Shown: piece by piece, positions 31,107 to 40,568 of the stretch
How positions within the stretch are numbered: position 1 is the stretch's first letter
Layout: every line of letters begins with the position of its first letter
NCBI GenBank assembly: GCA_003213165.1
Contig: QCNO01000001.1
Span: 133,403-197,402, forward strand
Source of the DNA: OCS155 cluster bacterium AG-426-D23
Lineage (GTDB): Bacteria > Actinomycetota > Acidimicrobiia > Actinomarinales > Actinomarinaceae
DNA: 64,000 bases
Direction of reading: 5' to 3'
The notes under the pieces: generated by a model
The model's database searches: none
The model's input: only the letters and a program-made list of their open reading frames with translations
Told to the model about the DNA's origin: nothing
Made by a program: the position numbers and the translations under genes

Positions 31107-31517
31107 TTATTCAAAATCTTCGTCTTTCAGATTAAACATCACTTCCTTGTTTGATTTTATAACAAGTACAATTCTTTCGCTTTGTATTGGGAACGGATAA
31201 GGTTTCTCCCAATATTTTTCAGATAATTTATCAATATTGTCTCTTGCTTCTTGACCGGTGATTTCAGCGATAACTTCACCTCTTATTTCAACAAATTTAA
31301 ACGGATTGTCGTGCTTCCAAATCGTAACCGTGACTCTTGGATCTTTTAAAATATTTTTGTATTTGAATCTATGTATCTCTGTATTGATTAAAATATTTTC
31401 GCCATCTGTATCAACCCACATAACATGTGTTTGAGGAACGCCATTTTTAAATAAAGTTGTTAACGTTGCATAATTTGGGCCAGATGCCATTTGAATTGTT
31501 TTATTGTCTAATCCCAT
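31107..31517 (-). CDS. PPOX-class F420-dependent oxidoreductase
   Basis: ATLTT..NG.PQ, K.KNI..DPRV, VEIRG, LS.KY...YP split-barrel pattern. Confidence 0.8.
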   Translation of the reverse strand: MGLDNKTIQMASGPNYATLTTLFKNGVPQTHVMWVDTDGENILINTEIHRFKYKNILKDPRVTVTIWKHDNPFKFVEIRGEVIAEITGQEARDNIDKLSEKYWEKPYPFPIQSERIVLVIKSNKEVMFNLKDEDFE

Positions 31518-31534
31518 CTGTTAAATTATAGTTT

Positions 31535-31999
31535 ATGAAAGTTGTTTTGCAGAGAGTTAAAAGTGCTTACGTAAAAGTTGATTCAAGTATTATTTCAGAA
31601 ATTAATCACGGCTATTTACTTTTATGGGGGATTGAAGAAGCTGATTCTGAAGTTGAAAGTGAAATTCTGATTAATAAAATATTAAATTTCAGAGTTTTTT
31701 CTGATGAAAATTTAAAAATGAATAAATCAATAGTAGACATTTCAGGAGAGATACTAATTGTTAGTCAGTTCACATTAGCTGGAAAACTTTTAAAAGGGAA
31801 CAGGCCTTCGTTTGTTAAAGCAAAATCTCCAGAAATTGCTGAAGAGATGATTTCAAAAATTGTTCAAGCATTTTCTAAACATGTAGCTGTAAAAACAGGA
31901 AGCTTCGGTGCCATGATGGACGTAGGTTTAATCAACGATGGTCCAGCAACATTTGTATTGACTGCTAGAAATGGGGAGTTAATTGATCAGGCAGATTGA
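31535..31999 (+). CDS. dtd: D-aminoacyl-tRNA deacylase
   Basis: VLQRV, VSQFTL, GNRPSF, NDGP motifs. Confidence 0.95.
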   Translation: MKVVLQRVKSAYVKVDSSIISEINHGYLLLWGIEEADSEVESEILINKILNFRVFSDENLKMNKSIVDISGEILIVSQFTLAGKLLKGNRPSFVKAKSPEIAEEMISKIVQAFSKHVAVKTGSFGAMMDVGLINDGPATFVLTARNGELIDQAD

Positions 32000-32415
32000 A
32001 GTTTAGTTTTTTTTCCAATTTCTTTTTTATCAAGTTGTTTATCAAGATAATATTCTTCTCCAGCCCATAAATGTAATCCAAGCCCGAGTTTCATCGCACA
32101 CCTTTTGAAAGAATCTGACTCTGCATGCTTTGCATTACTACCATCATTTTTTTGATCGTGCTCTACGTCACCGATAGATGTTACAGTGACTAATTTGCCA
32201 TCAATTTCGACGGTCAACTTTCCAAAGCAACCTACTACTGCTCCTGTAGTTTCCTGTCTGATCAATTCAACAACTTCCCAATTAAATGGACCACAAACTT
32301 CTAATAGACGTTGTGTAATTACTGGATGTGGAACGTAATTTCCAAACTTGCCCTTAGGTGCTTTTTTTATCCAATCTTTTGGAAATTTTCTTGATAGTTC
32401 ATACAATTGTTTCAT
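31987..32415 (-). CDS. Rad52/Rad22 (Sak)-family single-strand annealing protein
   Basis: YVPH..ITQRL..V.G.FNW, three beta-strands, then K.AESDSFKRCAMKLGLG..LW. Start ATG 32415 (ATGA overlap). Confidence 0.78.
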   Translation of the reverse strand: MKQLYELSRKFPKDWIKKAPKGKFGNYVPHPVITQRLLEVCGPFNWEVVELIRQETTGAVVGCFGKLTVEIDGKLVTVTSIGDVEHDQKNDGSNAKHAESDSFKRCAMKLGLGLHLWAGEEYYLDKQLDKKEIGKKTKLQSA

Positions 32416-32933
32416 TTTCTTCTCTCCATTTCTTTCAAATCTTTCGCCCATACTGGAGCGGTATCATTACTTGTTTTAATAACTTGTAACTTAGGTTCCT
32501 CATCCCAAATTTTTTCTATAAAAGTATCTCTTGCTAGCTGTTTATCCATTCCTTTTTTTTCAGCAACTGCATCTAGGCCCCTTAATTTTGGTACAAAAGT
32601 ATTTCCACAAAGTGCTACTAAGTTTTCAATATCATCATCTGAAAGTTTCTTGTTGGTAGCCCAATCAATTAATTTTTTTAAATCTAGAGTTTTTGATTTG
32701 TAACTTTTGGAGTAATTAAAGACAGTATCAGATATTTTTATCGCTCCTTTTTCTTGAACATCGAGTGCAATTTTATTATCTACAAATTTATTGATTTTAT
32801 AAGTACTATCTTTTGCTTCTATAGAAACTCCTCTTGCTACAAACAATTCTTTAGGTTCTTCAATTGTTTGTAGTTCTGTGTTTTCTAAAGCTTCCTCTCC
32901 ACTTTTGGCAATATCCCAGATCAAATCTTTCAT
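32412..32933 (-). CDS. Hypothetical protein (173 aa), coupled to the Rad52-like gene
   Basis: SD AGGAG before ATG; long open frame; no family recognised. Confidence 0.75.
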   Translation of the reverse strand: MKDLIWDIAKSGEEALENTELQTIEEPKELFVARGVSIEAKDSTYKINKFVDNKIALDVQEKGAIKISDTVFNYSKSYKSKTLDLKKLIDWATNKKLSDDDIENLVALCGNTFVPKLRGLDAVAEKKGMDKQLARDTFIEKIWDEEPKLQVIKTSNDTAPVWAKDLKEMERRK

Positions 32934-32946
32934 CTATTCTCCTAAT

Positions 32947-33063
32947 TTATGCTGCTTCATCATATATTCTATGACAATTGCATCTGTCATTGTGGTCTAT
33001 GCAAATAAAATTTGCTTTGATCCCGGACGTTTCAAGTAATTTAAGTATTTCTTTATCTTTCAT
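32947..33063 (-). CDS. Small hypothetical protein (38 aa) with Cys/His cluster
   Basis: Not in ORF track: MKDKEILKLLETSGIKANFICIDHNDRCNCHRIYDEAA. TAAATT lies 7 nt before the ATG and the stop is just before the next gene's SD. Confidence 0.6.
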   Translation of the reverse strand: MKDKEILKLLETSGIKANFICIDHNDRCNCHRIYDEAA

Positions 33064-33143
33064 ATTTAATAATTTAGAAATTCAGTGAGACAAAAAAAAT
33101 AAAATAGCAACCTTTCTAGCCAAAACCTATATATGATGAGCTT

Positions 33144-34409
33144 GTGATAGTTGAAAATAATCTCTTTGACTCACATATGTATAAAGAAGTCATCAAACAA
33201 TATGACGAAGTCTCTAATTTCATAAATCTTGATTCCAATATAAGAGAAAGGCTTAAATTGCCCCAAAGGTCTTTAGTTGTCACTTTTCCTTTTAGAAGGG
33301 ATGAATATGACGAAGTAGAAACAGTTGTAGGATATCGAGTCCAGCATGTTTTGTCAATGGGACCTACTAAAGGTGGTATAAGATATGCTCCAGATGTAAA
33401 TCTAGGTGAAGTTACAGCTTTGGCTATATTGATGTCTTGGAAATCTGCAATTGTTGGATTACCTTATGGTGGAGCTAAGGGTGGAATAGCCATTGATCCT
33501 AATCCTTTAACAAGAGCTGAAAAGCAAAGAGTTACTAGAAGGTATACAGCAGAATTACTTCCGATTATAGGGGTTGATAAAGACATACCTGCTCCAGATC
33601 TCGGCACAGATGAGCAAACAATGGCATGGATTATGGATACGTATAGTAACTTTGTTGGCTCTCCTCAACCAGGAATAGTTACAGGAAAACCAGTTTCTCT
33701 GGGAGGTTCTATAACAAGAAGAGAATCAACAGGAAGAGGAGCTGTGGCTGTAGGGGAAGCTGCGATGAAAAAACTAGGTAAAAAATATGAGGATTCACGT
33801 GTTGTAATTCAAGGATTTGGCAATGTTGGAAGGTATGCTGCTTTAGATTCTTACGAACGGGGAGCTAAAGTAATTGCAGTTAACGATCTAGGTGGTGCAG
33901 TATTTAATAAAGATGGATTAAATATTCCGGAACTTTTTAAACATATTGCAAAAACCCCTTCTGTAAAAGGCTTTGAAGGTGGCGAAGACTATGAAGGTGA
34001 AATTCTAGAAATAGAATGTGATGTTCTAATACCTGCTGCTGTCGGAGGTGTAATTACTTCTAGTAACGCAGAAAAAATTAAAACAAATGTGCTTATTGAA
34101 GGTGCAAATTCGCCAACAACTTTAAATGCTGACAAGATTTTAAGAGAAAATGGAGTAATTATTATTCCAGATATATTAGCTAATGCAGGAGGAATTACTG
34201 CTAGTTATTTTGAATGGGTACAAAATACTCAAAATTATTTATGGAAAGAAACTGAATTACATGAAAAGCTTATCGATGTAATGCTTACTTCATTTGAGGA
34301 AGTTTGGACTATTTCTCAAAAACAAAACTGTGATTTGCGTACAGCTGCATTAATAAAAGGAATTAAAAGAGTAGCTGCTGCAAAATTAACTAGAGGACTG
34401 TTCCCTTAA
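33144..34409 (+). CDS. gdhA: Glutamate dehydrogenase (Glu/Leu/Phe/Val family)
   Basis: KGGIRY, GGAKGG, DIPAPD, QGFGNVG, EGAN, PDILANAGG...SYFEW motifs. Confidence 0.93.
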   Translation: MIVENNLFDSHMYKEVIKQYDEVSNFINLDSNIRERLKLPQRSLVVTFPFRRDEYDEVETVVGYRVQHVLSMGPTKGGIRYAPDVNLGEVTALAILMSWKSAIVGLPYGGAKGGIAIDPNPLTRAEKQRVTRRYTAELLPIIGVDKDIPAPDLGTDEQTMAWIMDTYSNFVGSPQPGIVTGKPVSLGGSITRRESTGRGAVAVGEAAMKKLGKKYEDSRVVIQGFGNVGRYAALDSYERGAKVIAVNDLGGAVFNKDGLNIPELFKHIAKTPSVKGFEGGEDYEGEILEIECDVLIPAAVGGVITSSNAEKIKTNVLIEGANSPTTLNADKILRENGVIIIPDILANAGGITASYFEWVQNTQNYLWKETELHEKLIDVMLTSFEEVWTISQKQNCDLRTAALIKGIKRVAAAKLTRGLFP

Positions 34410-35369
34410 AAGCTTTTCGATTTCAGTTTGAATTTCATTTTTTTGATTTTCTAATTCAGAAATTTTTGATTCAATATCTGTTCTGTTAGTGTTTCCAATC
34501 GGACTATCTACTGGAATTTTATCATCATCTTTAAACATGTCTAAAACTTCAATTTCTTCCTCTAATTCAGCTATTGATTCGTTTATAATTCTGAGATTTT
34601 CGGTATTGGGAGCATTTTCATTGAATACTGGACAGATTGGTTTGTAGTAACACCAGTCACACAATGTATTTTTTATTGCAGGAAACTCATTTTCTTCATA
34701 TGCTTTTTTTATATTTTCCCAAATTTCTAAAATTTCATTTTTTGCATTTGATAAATCTTCTTCGGTTATTTTCAATGTGTGAATAGTTGAATTTTTCAGG
34801 TAAATTAACTTTAGCTCAACTGGCATCTCACCGAGTTCTTCTTTGATAAGCAGTGCATATAATTTTAAAGCAAAAAATCTAGGTTCTTTATATTTAGCCA
34901 TTGGAGCTTTTCCACTCTTGTAGTCCACGATAATTAAATCACCATTTTGATTTCTATCCATCCTGTCCAAGATACCCCTTAAGTTTAAGTCATTAATTGA
35001 GCCTCTAACCCAACGCTCGCGCTCTAAAGGTTCAAAACTTGTAGGGTCCTCTATCTCCATATAATTGTTAAGCAATTTAAGACCATCAACACCCCATTCT
35101 CTCTCTTCTTCTACATTCGAAAATAAATTATGATGTTCATCATTTCCTCTAACCTTTGTCCAAGCATCTCGAAATAAATTATGTAGTTTTTCAATACTTC
35201 TCTCTTCTTTTGGCAAATCAAACAAATCTTCTAGTGCTTGATGTACAGTAGTGCCTTTTGCTTGAACTTCATTTGTGGGTTCTTTTAATTTATCAACATT
35301 TGCGAATTTAAATTGTTTGGGACAGGTTTTAAATTGAGATGCTCTTGAAGGAGATAAATTTTTTATCAT
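34386..35369 (-). CDS. RecB-family PD-(D/E)XK exonuclease with 4-Cys Fe-S staple
   Basis: LSPSR..F..CP, GT.VH..LE, G.LDR.D, DYKSGK, CDWC.....CP; C-terminal coiled-coil tail. Confidence 0.87.
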   Translation of the reverse strand: MIKNLSPSRASQFKTCPKQFKFANVDKLKEPTNEVQAKGTTVHQALEDLFDLPKEERSIEKLHNLFRDAWTKVRGNDEHHNLFSNVEEEREWGVDGLKLLNNYMEIEDPTSFEPLERERWVRGSINDLNLRGILDRMDRNQNGDLIIVDYKSGKAPMAKYKEPRFFALKLYALLIKEELGEMPVELKLIYLKNSTIHTLKITEEDLSNAKNEILEIWENIKKAYEENEFPAIKNTLCDWCYYKPICPVFNENAPNTENLRIINESIAELEEEIEVLDMFKDDDKIPVDSPIGNTNRTDIESKISELENQKNEIQTEIEKLLREQSSS

Positions 35370-35572
35370 ATGTAAATTATATATATATTATTCGGAATAT
35401 TTGTAAAATGTAATGGTGAACAGTTTTCTTAAAGTTTTACAAATCGTAGGTATTGCTACTTTTATCTTGTATTTTGTAATTGGTATTTTGTACAACTCTT
35501 TTAGCTGGTTTAATTTCCTTTTCAATTAAACATGTATTTTTCATAAATCTTATTGTTGCTAAAGTTATATGA

Positions 35573-36649
35573 ATGAGTAATGACAAAATCAAAGTAGCAA
35601 TTCTTGGAATTGGAAATTGTGCAAGTTCATTTGTACAAGGCATTGAACACTATAGCAATTCCGACAATGAAGATGGCTTAATATCAGATGTAATTGGCGG
35701 ATATAAAGTTTCTGACATTGAAGTTGTTGCTGCCTACGACATAAACTCATTAAAAGTAGGAAAAGATTTAAGTGAAGCAATTTTTGCTGAACCAAATAAT
35801 ACTATGAAATTTAGCGATGTTCCAAAAACAGGAGTGACTGTTCAACCAGGTGTCATAAATGATGGAGTTGGTAAATTCGTTAAAGATATTATCAACACTT
35901 CTCCTGATTCGGATAATTTTGAGGAATCTCTTAGGGAATCAGGGGCAGAAATATTGATTAACCTTCTACCAGTTGGATCTGATGAGGCAGTGAAATATTA
36001 TGCACAAGCTGCAATAAATTCTAATGTAGGCTTTATAAACTGTATACCAGTTTTTATTGCTCGCGATGAAGAATGGTATCAAAAATTTAAAGATGCTTCG
36101 GTTCCATTAATTGGTGATGATATTAAAAGCCAAGTTGGAGCAACTATTGTCCATAGAGCTCTTGCACAGTTATTTTCTGACCGTGGCGTCAAGCTTGAAA
36201 ACACCTATCAATTAAACGTTGGTGGAAATATGGATTTTCTTAATATGCTAGAAGAAGATAGATTAGAAACTAAAAGAACAAGTAAAACTTCATCTGTGAC
36301 TTCTGTTGCTAACAAAGGTACAGGCATTTCGGCTGATAATGTGAGAATAGGCCCATCGGATTACGTTAAGTGGTTAGAAGATAGAAAAAAAGCTTTTATT
36401 AGACTAGAAGGAAAAGCTTTTGGTGGCGCGCCATTAAATATAGAGGTTCAACTAGAAGTATGGGATTCTCCAAACAGCGCGGGTGTGACCATTGATGCAG
36501 TTAGATATATGAAATTTTTTAAAGAGCAAAATGATTTAGAATCACTCGATTTGGTTTCTGCTTGGTTAATGAAAGCACCATTTAAACCCGTTAAAGACGG
36601 TGATGTATTATTGAAGCTCCATGAGCTTACACATAAAGAGATTAATTAG
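35573..36649 (+). CDS. ino1: myo-Inositol-1-phosphate synthase
   Basis: GIGNCASS, LPVGS, GDDIKSQVGAT, GGNMDFLNM, VWDSPNSAG motifs. Confidence 0.95.
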   Translation: MSNDKIKVAILGIGNCASSFVQGIEHYSNSDNEDGLISDVIGGYKVSDIEVVAAYDINSLKVGKDLSEAIFAEPNNTMKFSDVPKTGVTVQPGVINDGVGKFVKDIINTSPDSDNFEESLRESGAEILINLLPVGSDEAVKYYAQAAINSNVGFINCIPVFIARDEEWYQKFKDASVPLIGDDIKSQVGATIVHRALAQLFSDRGVKLENTYQLNVGGNMDFLNMLEEDRLETKRTSKTSSVTSVANKGTGISADNVRIGPSDYVKWLEDRKKAFIRLEGKAFGGAPLNIEVQLEVWDSPNSAGVTIDAVRYMKFFKEQNDLESLDLVSAWLMKAPFKPVKDGDVLLKLHELTHKEIN

Positions 36650-37908
36650 ATTATAGAATTTTCAAATATTGCTAAAGCCTCTTCAACATGCTTTATAGGC
36701 GTAGTGAGAGGTCCCATAAATCTAATTACGTTTCCATTTTCTCCACAAGTTACTAAAAGAAGACCGTTATCTCTACAATTATTGATTATTTCCTGGGCTT
36801 TTTCTTTGTTGGGTGTTTTTGAATCTTTATTTTCCACGATCTCAACACCGATCATTGGACCATAGCCTCTTACATCACCGATAAATTCATTTTCATTCAT
36901 CAAATTTTTTAAAAAAGAATTCATCATTTCAGATTGTTTTGAAGCATTTCCTAATATATTTTCATTATCAAAAGCTTCTAATACACCTAAAGCTGCAGCG
37001 CATGAGACTGGCGAAGCTCCAAAAGTACTTCCTATTCCTGCATCATGAATAGTATCCATTATTTCTGCTTTGCCTAGTACAGCGGCTAATGGAAATCCTC
37101 CAGCTATACCTTTTGCTAATGTAACTAAATCTGGATTAACTCCTACGGTTTCTGCTCCAAACATTTCACCAGTTCGTCCATAGCCAGTTTGTACTTCATC
37201 AAAAATAAGCAAAATATTATGATAATCACAAATTTCTCTCAAGCTTTTTAAGAAATAATTTGAAGCAGGAATATAGCCACCTTCTCCGAGTTGAATCTCA
37301 ACAACAACAGCAGCAGTATCATCAGGATTGAGTGTTTTTTTAAATAAATCTTTAATACTTGCCAATGCATCGTCATCAGATATATCCCTATATAAATATG
37401 GGTACAATGCATGTTTTACGAATTCTGGGAATGGACCAAACCCTTCTTTATATGGTTTATCTTTGCCGGTTAAACCCATCGCTAGATATGTTCTTCCGTG
37501 AAAACCACCTTTAAATGAGATGATTGATTTTTTATTTGTATAATATCTCGCTATTTTTACAGCATTTTCAACAGCTTCAGCTCCACTATTAACCATAAAT
37601 GTTTTTGTATCTGAAGTAATTGGATATCTTTTATTTAACTCTTCCGATAGCTTTACAGCATTTTCATGAGGTGCAAATGCAAAACAAGAGTGTGAAAAAT
37701 CATTAAGTTGATTTTTTACTTTTTCAACTACTCTTGGATGAAGATGGCCTGTATTAAGTACTGCGTAACCACCAACATAATCTAGGTATCTTTTACCTTC
37801 AGAATCCCAGATTTCAGCATTTTTTCCTTTTACAATGTAATTTTCTAGAGTGCTATACCATGCACTCGGCACATTTTCAGTAATAGCATTGTTCATTAGA
37901 TTAACCAT
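36646..37908 (-). CDS. gabT: Class III aminotransferase, 4-aminobutyrate transaminase-like
   Basis: NSGAEAVENAVK, FHGRT, DEVQTGYGRTG, AKGIAGGFPL, NVIRF..PL motifs. Confidence 0.8.
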   Translation of the reverse strand: MVNLMNNAITENVPSAWYSTLENYIVKGKNAEIWDSEGKRYLDYVGGYAVLNTGHLHPRVVEKVKNQLNDFSHSCFAFAPHENAVKLSEELNKRYPITSDTKTFMVNSGAEAVENAVKIARYYTNKKSIISFKGGFHGRTYLAMGLTGKDKPYKEGFGPFPEFVKHALYPYLYRDISDDDALASIKDLFKKTLNPDDTAAVVVEIQLGEGGYIPASNYFLKSLREICDYHNILLIFDEVQTGYGRTGEMFGAETVGVNPDLVTLAKGIAGGFPLAAVLGKAEIMDTIHDAGIGSTFGASPVSCAAALGVLEAFDNENILGNASKQSEMMNSFLKNLMNENEFIGDVRGYGPMIGVEIVENKDSKTPNKEKAQEIINNCRDNGLLLVTCGENGNVIRFMGPLTTPIKHVEEALAIFENSII

Positions 37909-37969
37909 TAAGGAATACTGTAACTGATTAATTATTAATACTCAATTTTGTAGCCACTAAAATAGATAC

Positions 37970-38338
37970 ATGGATTTTTACTATATGGAATTACCTTCAT
38001 ATATAAGTATTGTTATATGTGCATTTGTAGGTCTTGTTTTATTATTTGTAAAATTCAGCAAATTTGAAGTAAGCATTACTTTTACTAATTATTTAATAAT
38101 ATTTTCTCTTGCATCCGTATTACTACAAGTATTGATAGTTATATATTATTCCCAAAGCAATGAAATTGGATCTTTTAGCATGTTCTACAATATTGTTAAT
38201 TTATTCGTTTTAACATTTCTATATATTTACCGAAATGAGATGAAATTAAATTATTATTTATACTGGTCTTTCGCTTTATTCTTTTTGATGGGAATGGAAA
38301 TTAGGGCTATTCAAACATTAGGATTAGGACTAAATTAA
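37970..38338 (+). CDS. Hypothetical membrane protein (~4 TM)
   Basis: Four hydrophobic segments; first gene of a coupled operon. Confidence 0.7.
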   Translation: MDFYYMELPSYISIVICAFVGLVLLFVKFSKFEVSITFTNYLIIFSLASVLLQVLIVIYYSQSNEIGSFSMFYNIVNLFVLTFLYIYRNEMKLNYYLYWSFALFFLMGMEIRAIQTLGLGLN

Positions 38339-39045
38339 TGGGATATAAAGTTCTTGATGACAATTTGACGCTTGCGAATATTAATTCTGATAAACCAAAA
38401 GTCTGCTTTCTTCATGGATGGGGTAGAAGCTCTAAAGATTTTATGAACATAGATAATCAATTTGAATCTATCTCCATTGACATTCCTGGCTTTGGCAAAT
38501 CTATTCCATTTCAACAAAGCCTATCTCCAAAAAAATATGCTGAATATCTCGTTGATATAATCCCTAGTTCTGTTGAGGTTCTAGTTGGACATTCATTTGG
38601 TGGGAGAATAGCTGTTCACCTTTCACAGATAAAAAATTATAAGAAGATAGTGTTAATTGGTACACCTTTGATTAGAAAACAGAATACTAAGAAATCATTT
38701 TCTGCATTTAACCTTTATAAGTTAATGAATAAATATAAATTAGTTAGTAACAAAAAGTTATATCAGATGAAAAATAAATATGGGTCTGAAGATTATAAAA
38801 ATGCGAATAATCATTTAAAAGACACACTAGTAATGGCAGTCAATGATGATTTGAAAGGCATTCTTCCATATATAGACACTAAAGTCGAACTTGTATGGGG
38901 AGAAGAAGACTTAGAAGTACCCCTTCAAGTAGGTTTGGACTCAAATGATATAATTCCTAATTCTGAATTAACGATAATCCCAGGTGGTGGCCACAATGAA
39001 TTAATGCGCAGCTCACAAATTATAATTGGAGTAATTAAAAAATGA
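38338..39045 (+). CDS. Alpha/beta hydrolase
   Basis: LHGWG, D.PGFG, GHSFGG (Ser), WGEED (Asp), GGH (His). Confidence 0.9.
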   Translation: MGYKVLDDNLTLANINSDKPKVCFLHGWGRSSKDFMNIDNQFESISIDIPGFGKSIPFQQSLSPKKYAEYLVDIIPSSVEVLVGHSFGGRIAVHLSQIKNYKKIVLIGTPLIRKQNTKKSFSAFNLYKLMNKYKLVSNKKLYQMKNKYGSEDYKNANNHLKDTLVMAVNDDLKGILPYIDTKVELVWGEEDLEVPLQVGLDSNDIIPNSELTIIPGGGHNELMRSSQIIIGVIKK

Positions 39046-40565
39046 ATTTTCTTTACACAACCGTTTTAATTTTACTCACATTAAGTTCATGCGTTAATTC
39101 TTTAAGATGGGGTAGGATTGCTCAGAGAGAACATTATATCCCTGGGTATGTAACAAAGTTTTACTTTAGATGGGTTAGATTAGTACCTTTTAACAATCTT
39201 TATTATTTGACTAGTATCCTTTTAGCGCTTTTAAGCCTCTGGACTCCATACACTGCAATAGTCCTAGCCTTAATAAATCTTTTCCTACCCAGGGGCCTAT
39301 TATTTAAAGACAGATCCTCAAAGGTTGAATTTACTGAAAGATTAAAACGTTTAAATATTGTTTACTATATTTTAATTATTTCCATGTCAGTAATTTCAAT
39401 CAACTCTGGATTTGGTTACTTTCTCGCACTTATTGCAAATGTTTTCTCTCATTATGTATTTGATCAAGCTCTAAGGATCACTAAAAGTTTTGAAAAAAAT
39501 AAATCTCAAGTTTATGTTGTTGAGGCAGAAAAAAAGCTATTAAAATTCAACGGACCAATAATTGCAATTACTGGTTCATATTCTAAGACAACGACTAAAA
39601 ATACTATTTCTCAAGTAATTTCAACCAAAAGCAATGTGTTTGCTACACCAGAAAGTTTTAATAATCGACTTGGAATATCTAAATCAATTAATGAAGATTT
39701 ACATTCTTCACATGAAATTGCTATCTTTGAAATGGGAACTTATGGATTTGGGGAAATACGTGAAATGTGTTCATGGGTAAAGCCTCATATCTCAGTTATA
39801 ACTGGAATAGCACCTGTCCATTTAGAAAGAATGAAATCACTAGAAAATATTCTTGATGCAAAATCAGAAATTGTTGATCTTACAGGTACAGTCATAATTA
39901 ATGGAGATGATGAGTTACTACTAAATCAAGCTAGATTATGGACTGCACAAAAGATGGTTATCGATTGTTCAATAACATCAAAAAATGCTGCTGTCTTTGT
40001 AGATTATGATAATTCAATACATTCAATTTACATATCGGGAAAATTCATAACCTCTGTAGAAGGTTCTAAAATATTACAACTCTCTATTGCATTGACGGTT
40101 GGTGTGCTAATAGCTTTAGAGATGGACATAATAGAATATTTTCAAAAGATTAAAAATTTAGAGAAGACCACGCATCGCCAGAATGTATTAAAAGGCAACA
40201 TGGGACAAACTATTATTGACAATTCTTTTAATTCAAACCCAATTTCAAATCTTGCAAGTTTAGAACTTTTGCACTCATATGAAAATAGTGGTAAAAAATA
40301 TTTAATTACCCCAGGTATGGTAGAACTAGGTGCCGAACAGTTTACATATAATTATGAATTTGCTTTTAATGCAAGTGAGATTATAGATGAAGCTCTCATA
40401 GTAGGATTTACAAACAAAACGGCACTTACACTGGCTTTTGAAGATAACAATGTTCCAGTTAAATTTTTTAAAAATAGAGATTTAGCTGTTTCTTATCTAA
40501 ACTCTGTGGTGAAAGATAATGATGTTGTATTATTTGAAAATGATTTACCTGACCATCACCCTTAA
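39042..40565 (+). CDS. MurF-like Mur ligase with N-terminal membrane domain
   Basis: N-terminal TM helices; ITGSYSKTT, TPESFN, EMG, HLE, DNSFNSN, ITPGMVELG, ENDLPD motifs. Confidence 0.85.
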   Translation: MNFLYTTVLILLTLSSCVNSLRWGRIAQREHYIPGYVTKFYFRWVRLVPFNNLYYLTSILLALLSLWTPYTAIVLALINLFLPRGLLFKDRSSKVEFTERLKRLNIVYYILIISMSVISINSGFGYFLALIANVFSHYVFDQALRITKSFEKNKSQVYVVEAEKKLLKFNGPIIAITGSYSKTTTKNTISQVISTKSNVFATPESFNNRLGISKSINEDLHSSHEIAIFEMGTYGFGEIREMCSWVKPHISVITGIAPVHLERMKSLENILDAKSEIVDLTGTVIINGDDELLLNQARLWTAQKMVIDCSITSKNAAVFVDYDNSIHSIYISGKFITSVEGSKILQLSIALTVGVLIALEMDIIEYFQKIKNLEKTTHRQNVLKGNMGQTIIDNSFNSNPISNLASLELLHSYENSGKKYLITPGMVELGAEQFTYNYEFAFNASEIIDEALIVGFTNKTALTLAFEDNNVPVKFFKNRDLAVSYLNSVVKDNDVVLFENDLPDHHP

Positions 40566-40568
40566 ATC

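Noticed and set aside
31987..35369. Prophage or CRISPR-Cas interpretation of the Rad52-like and Cas4-like genes
   Set aside because: No integrase, structural genes, att repeats, cas1/cas2 or repeat-spacer array seen.
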